From: a virus
Lineage: Duplodnaviria; Caudoviricetes
Length of the DNA: 27,948 bases
IMG/VR virus record: IMGVR_UViG_3300010366_000052
Span: 1-27,948 of that record
Strand: one strand, 5' to 3'
A program made the position numbers and the translations under genes. Shown here piece after piece: positions 23,712 through 27,948 of this stretch. Within the stretch, counting starts at the first letter, position 1; each line of letters opens with the position of its first letter. Under the pieces are notes generated by a model that saw nothing but the letters and a program-made list of their open reading frames with translations, searched no databases and was not told where the DNA came from.

Positions 23712-25800
23712 TTCCTCGACCGCCAATAAAGAATTCAGTCTCGGCCGTTTGAACGGCCCGAACCGACGAGAGCGCGAGTGTAAGCGCCGACACCTGTTCG
23801 GCGTTCGAGCCATTCGGAAATTCGGCCGCTTCCGAGATCAGGCCCTCGACCCATGCCGCCGTCTTAGGATGAGGCAAAAACACGCGGCCGTGATAAACCA
23901 TCGCGCCGGCCGCGTTCGCTCGAGAAACGAGATTCCCGTCAGGATCGATCGCCGTAATCGGCGACGCCTGTTTTCGAATCCCTCGAATGATCGCGGGCCC
24001 GTTCTGGATCTTATCGACGAGCTTCGCGTTCCGGCTGCCAGGCCATTTGTCATTCATCCTCGAGATCGCCGCAATCAACCCCGGAAAATCGTATCGCCGG
24101 CGATCCTGATCAATGACATAACAGTCGGCGCCTTTGTAACCGTGAACCTGGCCGACGACATACGCCGCTTTGTTTGGCGGTTCGTCGTCTTTAAATGCCG
24201 AATGCCAGCTTTGAAGGATCAAATCGAATCTTTCCGGAAGCTCGACGCATTCGACGAACTCGAGCTCGCCGCTCAAACCGACGACCTCGACCGGATCCAG
24301 CCGCTCACCAGGCCGACACCAATAGCGCCACCAATGACGCTTGAAAATCCCGTCCGCTTCCGGCCAAAACGCCATGACGACCGCGTCGCCGGCGTCAGTC
24401 GAGCCGCCGATCCGCGATCTCATTTTCCGTTTGCTCTCGACTCTGATCTTTCCATTACTTTCTTCGCGCCATCGAGGAATCGTCAGATCGCGCGTGAGCG
24501 AGCTCGTTTCAGTCTCGTATTCGGGAAGCATGATCTCGCGGCCGTTCGACGGATCGAGTAACTCGCGAAAGTGCCAATATGCGGCCGATCGCTTGTCCGC
24601 GAACTCGAGCTCGCCCGATGTCATGTCCCGCATGCTCGTCGCTTTCCCGCCATTGAACGGAATCACGGCCATGTCGAGCTCGCGCAACCTATGAACGACA
24701 CCGGTTCCGACCGCGACGATATCGACGACCGCGCTCGCGCCAGGATTTGCTTTCAACCGGCGCGCGATCGCGCCTGTCGCTTGCATAGTGTCCGACGACT
24801 CGCATGTGATCTCGCCGATAATGTTATTTTCTCGATGAGCGAGAATAGTCGCGTCGACCCCGCCGGCCGCGATGTCGCCGCCGATCGCCGTCAATCTCGA
24901 GATCGCGCCGCCGGCCGCCTTCCATGCTTTCCACCTTTCTTGAGCTGCTTTGATCCATGCGAGCGGAATGATTCCCTCTTTATCGTCGATCGAGAATTGA
25001 CCCTCGACGCGGTTTAAATAGAGCCTCGAGTTAATGCCCCATTGCGTTCGCCGAGCGTCGGCCCATGCTTTCGCCATTTGGCCGGCCGCGATAACGCGTT
25101 CCCTGGTGACATGGATCGCATCCCAATCCAAATAACCCGGCTTCCGCGAGTGAATATCATAGAAGCGCCCGATCGCTTCGCCTGGCGTCGACAATGCGGC
25201 CGCGTAAGCTTCGCCGATTGAGAAAGCGCCTTCACAAGCGTCGAACGTTTGCTCGGCGATCGCTTTCGACTCGTCGAATATAAATAGGATTTGCGGCGCG
25301 TGAGCGCCCTCGATGAGCTCATGATTCGAGCTCGCGACCGCGAACGCCTGGCCCCAGGACAATTTCAATTCAGTCGCGAGCAATTGATAACGCGTGAACG
25401 GCGTCAGAGGAATTTTCGCCCAATCAAGCTTGCGGGCCCAATGATGTATTTCAGGCCACAAATAACGCTTGAGCTGTCTATGTGAGCCGGCCGTCGTGAC
25501 GACTTTCCATTCGATGCCGGCGATCTCTCGAGTTATTGCAAACCACAAAATCAGGATAGCCGCGAGCGCCGTTTTCCCGAGGCCATGAGGCCCTCGAACC
25601 GCGATCCGGCGCCGCTCGATCAAACGATCGCAAATCTCGCCCTGGTATTCAGTGAGCCCTTTGTCGTTTTTGATGAGATCGCCGGCGAATTTCCGGCAAT
25701 TGGAAAAATAAGAATGGAATGTCGAGAGCTGGCCGAGTTGAATTAATCGGCGCCTCAAACGCAGAATTGCCCCGACCTCGTTCGCTCGAACGACAAGCAT
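23686..25800 (-). CDS. terL: Terminase large subunit (704 aa) with an extra C-terminal degenerate nuclease domain
   Basis: Walker A GPHGLGKT, Walker B LFIFDE, coupling motif LSTP, nuclease GGDIA / VVDIV / STDAGDA, then a second terminase-nuclease-like domain. Confidence 0.92.
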   Translation of the reverse strand: MLVVRANEVGAILRLRRRLIQLGQLSTFHSYFSNCRKFAGDLIKNDKGLTEYQGEICDRLIERRRIAVRGPHGLGKTALAAILILWFAITREIAGIEWKVVTTAGSHRQLKRYLWPEIHHWARKLDWAKIPLTPFTRYQLLATELKLSWGQAFAVASSNHELIEGAHAPQILFIFDESKAIAEQTFDACEGAFSIGEAYAAALSTPGEAIGRFYDIHSRKPGYLDWDAIHVTRERVIAAGQMAKAWADARRTQWGINSRLYLNRVEGQFSIDDKEGIIPLAWIKAAQERWKAWKAAGGAISRLTAIGGDIAAGGVDATILAHRENNIIGEITCESSDTMQATGAIARRLKANPGASAVVDIVAVGTGVVHRLRELDMAVIPFNGGKATSMRDMTSGELEFADKRSAAYWHFRELLDPSNGREIMLPEYETETSSLTRDLTIPRWREESNGKIRVESKRKMRSRIGGSTDAGDAVVMAFWPEADGIFKRHWWRYWCRPGERLDPVEVVGLSGELEFVECVELPERFDLILQSWHSAFKDDEPPNKAAYVVGQVHGYKGADCYVIDQDRRRYDFPGLIAAISRMNDKWPGSRNAKLVDKIQNGPAIIRGIRKQASPITAIDPDGNLVSRANAAGAMVYHGRVFLPHPKTAAWVEGLISEAAEFPNGSNAEQVSALTLALSSVRAVQTAETEFFIGGRGNDGIAKHG

Positions 25801-25883
25801 AGTAACCCCCGGCCTCGAAGGAGTCGGATAAAACTAGGCCACTGTTTTTAAACGCGATTAGACGCGACTCACCCAAAAACCAT

Positions 25884-26492
25884 TCAGGCGCGATTCAGCA
25901 ATATATCGGCGAGTTGTTCGCCTTCTTTTAGTCTTTGTAACGTGCTCTCGATTTGCTCGAGCGATAAGCTTTCCAATAAGCTTTCAGGAATTTTCACGAT
26001 ATCTATCTTTTCGCCGAACCCGCGTCGCCGGCCGAGCGTTCCCAAAATCCACTTCGCTAGATTCCGCCGCTCTGTCGGATCGCATCGGCTTGCCGTTACA
26101 TGCCGGCCAGGACCTGGCGACCCGCCCTCGACGGCCGCCGGCATATTCGCGCGCGCTTTGCATTGCTCGTATTCCTGGCCGACTGTGACGATCGACTCAC
26201 CGCAATATAAACACGGCGCCTCGATCGCGTCGGCGATCAAAGCCTCTGAATTATCGAGCAACACTTCGCGCGCGCTCTCTCGCACTTCGCGAAGCCTTTG
26301 ATTTTTTTTGAGTCGTTTGTCGATTGTGGTGTGACTGCAATCAAGCAACCTGGCCGCTTGGGCAACGATTCCGCGCGACTTCATCAAAGCGAAAGCGATT
26401 TGCTTTTCGCTGAGTGTCGGCGTCTTTTCCTTGCGTTCGATCCGAGCGTCAGGAAATAGGGCCCGCTGAGTTAAAGCGTCGTGTGCTTCCAT
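25884..26492 (-). CDS. terS: Terminase small subunit (Fis-like HTH, 202 aa)
   Basis: 'ALMKSRGIVAQAARLLDCSHTTI' HTH, 'LLDNSEALI', 'WILGTLGRRRGFGE'; directly upstream of terL. Confidence 0.75.
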   Translation of the reverse strand: MEAHDALTQRALFPDARIERKEKTPTLSEKQIAFALMKSRGIVAQAARLLDCSHTTIDKRLKKNQRLREVRESAREVLLDNSEALIADAIEAPCLYCGESIVTVGQEYEQCKARANMPAAVEGGSPGPGRHVTASRCDPTERRNLAKWILGTLGRRRGFGEKIDIVKIPESLLESLSLEQIESTLQRLKEGEQLADILLNRA

Positions 26493-26644
26493 CGCTTTTT
26501 ACCCGCGATTCTTGCGATCTCTTTTCGGCGTTCCGGCGTGAGCTTTTCCTTTCGAGCTCGGCCGCCTTTGAGCCCGCCACGCCGGCCGAGCTCGACGGCC
26601 GCCGCGTTCTTTGGCTCGCCATCAGCTTTGAATTTCGACTTCAT
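26471..26644 (-). CDS. Small basic KGG-like protein (57 aa)
   Basis: MKSKFKADGEPKNAAAVELGRRGGLKGGRARKEKLTPERRKEIARIAGKKRWKHTTL*; matches the widespread 'KNPAAVALGRLGGLKGGKARA.KL....R.EIA..AA..RW' family. Absent from the ORF track (shortest listed ORF is 60 aa). Confidence 0.85.
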   Translation of the reverse strand: MKSKFKADGEPKNAAAVELGRRGGLKGGRARKEKLTPERRKEIARIAGKKRWKHTTL

Positions 26645-26671
26645 AAAGAACCTATAAAGAAATCGTGTTTC

Positions 26672-26700
26672 GTTCTAGCACACTCGAAAGCCCTTTACAA
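26672..26700 (-). promoter_or_regulatory. Candidate sigma70-type promoter for the packaging/head operon
   Basis: TTGTAA-17 bp-TAGAAC with TGn extension, in an AT-rich gap upstream of the 57-aa ORF. Confidence 0.4.
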
Positions 26701-26777
26701 TAGCGTTACACATCGATCTGAAAATTCCTTAACCTGTCAAAATTGACAGTAACGGAATCTAACACACCGTCGATTGA

Positions 26778-26802
26778 ATACGCGCGTTTTTGAATATTCA
26801 AA
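26778..26802. promoter_or_regulatory. Operator-like 25-bp site, copy 2 (core palindrome TTTGAATATTCAAA)
   Basis: ATACGCGCGTTTTTGAATATTCAAA; 24/25 identical to 5688-5712. Confidence 0.55.
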
Positions 26803-26842
26803 CTTGCGAATACGCGGCCGCGTGAGCGATCGGATCTCGAGC

Positions 26843-26904
26843 CAGGACCTCGAGGCCGGCCGGCGGATCCGGAGCTCGCCAGGAGCTCGCCAGGCGCCGG
26901 CGCG
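26843..26904. repeat. 67-bp dispersed repeat, copy C
   Basis: Differs from copy B at one position over 62 bp. Confidence 0.9.
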
Positions 26905-26928
26905 CGTGCTCAGAAGCTCGAGCCAGGC

Positions 26929-26957
26929 AAAAAAAAACCGGCGCCCAAAAGCGCCGG
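26929..26957 (-). terminator. Intrinsic terminator
   Basis: CCGGCGC-TTTTGG-GCGCCGG followed by T9 on the minus strand. Confidence 0.8.
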
Positions 26958-27088
26958 CCGGATCCTTCCCGCTCGAGGCCCTCACGACGCGAGAGCGAGT
27001 CGCCTTTCGCGCATCGCTTTTGCTTCCTGCCATTGCTTGAGGCCGACATAATCACTCGTCGGTAATGCCTGATAGTGCTCGCCCTCGT

Positions 27089-27124
27089 AAAAAGAAACCG
27101 GCGCCAGGGCGACGCCGGATTTTT
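27089..27124 (-). terminator. Intrinsic terminator, possibly bidirectional
   Basis: CCGGCG/CGCCGG stem with TTTCTTTTT on the minus side and T5 on the plus side; just after 27145..27450. Confidence 0.65.
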
Positions 27125-27144
27125 GCATTTATGAATGTTTGAAA

Positions 27145-27450
27145 TTACTTCCCTTGCAGTGAATGAGTGCCACACTCGCATATTTCGGCGCCGAACGGAA
27201 TCGCGTTCCCGCAATTCGCGCAATGTTGACAATTTGGAATACTGATATATGCGATCGAGCATACCTTGCAAATCGGCCGGCGGACTTCTAAAGTGTTCTT
27301 CACTAATTTTTCGCTCTCAAAAAGACATAGAGCGCAATCACCGCACAAGTAATCGAGGCTACCTGGCAAACGGATCGCCTCGACTATATTCGCGCCGCCT
27401 CTTAGGCGCCGCATTTTGATATCTATAGAGCATCGAATACAACTTTTCAT
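27145..27450 (-). CDS. Cys-rich multi-Zn-finger protein (101 aa)
   Basis: CIRC, CGDC, CKVC, CQHCANC, CEC; AGGGGG RBS; AT-richer than its neighbours. Confidence 0.7.
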   Translation of the reverse strand: MKSCIRCSIDIKMRRLRGGANIVEAIRLPGSLDYLCGDCALCLFESEKLVKNTLEVRRPICKVCSIAYISIPNCQHCANCGNAIPFGAEICECGTHSLQGK

Positions 27451-27514
27451 TTTTTAATACTTCCCCCTTTTGGTTTGGATCGGCCGGCCCGTCGCCAGGC
27501 CGGCCGGATCGAGT

Positions 27515-27775
27515 TTATGTGATGTTCTCGCGGAAAATTCGAACCCAATTCGCGGCCCTGTCGATCAGAACGCTCGCCTCGACCTGGCCGCCGAATAGCG
27601 CGCGCGCCTCGAGCAACGCGCGTGTCCACATTGCGTTATTAGCCGCGAGCCAAAAAAGCTCAGTCGCCTCGTCGTGATCTCCCGTAACAAGCTTTTTCGC
27701 GTCGGATTCTATGACGGCCAATTCCTCGAGCTCGTCGAGCTCGCGATCAATATACGGCGGATAAAAAACTCTCAT
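27515..27775 (-). CDS. Hypothetical protein (86 aa)
   Basis: Start MRVFYPP at 27775 with AAGGGG RBS; helical acidic protein. Confidence 0.65.
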   Translation of the reverse strand: MRVFYPPYIDRELDELEELAVIESDAKKLVTGDHDEATELFWLAANNAMWTRALLEARALFGGQVEASVLIDRAANWVRIFRENIT

Positions 27776-27893
27776 CGCTTCCCCTTTTTCGATATGAATT
27801 TCGCTCACAGGAATATAATAAGCCAAGCTGATTCGCTCTGTCAATAGCCCATAAGCAAAAAGTTTTTCGCCCTAGCCGGCCGACCGCCCGAGC

Positions 27894-27948
27894 CAGGACC
27901 TCGAGCCAGGCCGGCGGATCCGGAGCTCGCCAGGAGCTCACCAGGCGC
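27894..27948. repeat. 67-bp dispersed repeat, copy D (cut by the window end)
   Basis: CAGGACCTCGAGCCAGGCCGGCGGATCCGGAGCTCGCCAGGAGCTCACCAGGCGC. Confidence 0.9.

Larger units (their letters stand above)
1..27948 (-). mobile_element. Tailed phage/prophage morphogenesis module (siphovirus-like)
   Basis: Canonical terS-terL-portal-scaffold-MCP-neck-tube-chaperone-TMP-Dit-tip-fibre order; no sheath gene. Confidence 0.95.

Noticed and set aside
23602-24561. 319-aa plus-strand ORF, and the many other plus-strand ORFs in the track
   Set aside because: They lie antisense to well-supported genes, are Arg/Pro/Ser-rich, and lack recognisable motifs; shadow ORFs are expected in GC-rich DNA.
23686-25800. 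Intein or intron explaining the long TerL
   Set aside because: No C/S...HN splice motifs or homing-endonuclease motifs; the extra length is a C-terminal nuclease-like domain.
26737-27271. Minus-strand ORFs 26737..27033 and 26798..27271 (also 10704..10913) sharing 'WRAP' peptides
   Set aside because: The similarity is just translation of the DNA repeat; the first two also cross intrinsic terminators.
10705-27948. 67-bp repeats as a CRISPR array or IS ends
   Set aside because: The copies are 1-8 kb apart, co-oriented, with no regular spacers, no cas or transposase gene and no evident target duplication.

Overview
The whole window is the virion-morphogenesis region of a tailed phage or prophage with a long non-contractile tail (siphovirus-like), and essentially every real gene is on the minus strand. 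In transcription order (right to left): two accessory ORFs and terminators, a small basic KGG-like ORF, small and large terminase, DUF4055-type portal, scaffold, P22-coat-family major capsid protein, head-tail adaptor, HK97-gp10-like neck protein, tail terminator, tail tube, tail assembly chaperones with a -1 slippery site, tape measure, distal tail protein, a 1661-aa tail tip protein, fibre-like proteins and small accessory ORFs. I saw no integrase, lysis, replication, tRNA or CRISPR features. The most unusual items are: (1) a tail-terminator gene whose two halves appear circularly permuted; (2) a large terminase carrying a second nuclease domain of a different subfamily that appears catalytically dead; (3) a ~67-bp GC-rich repeat present four times, at or near module boundaries; (4) tandem AGGA-loop hairpins over the scaffold RBS and a 25-bp palindromic site present twice, 21 kb apart; (5) strong enrichment, rather than the usual phage avoidance, of short palindromes. 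All protein family calls come from motif recognition and gene order, not database searches.
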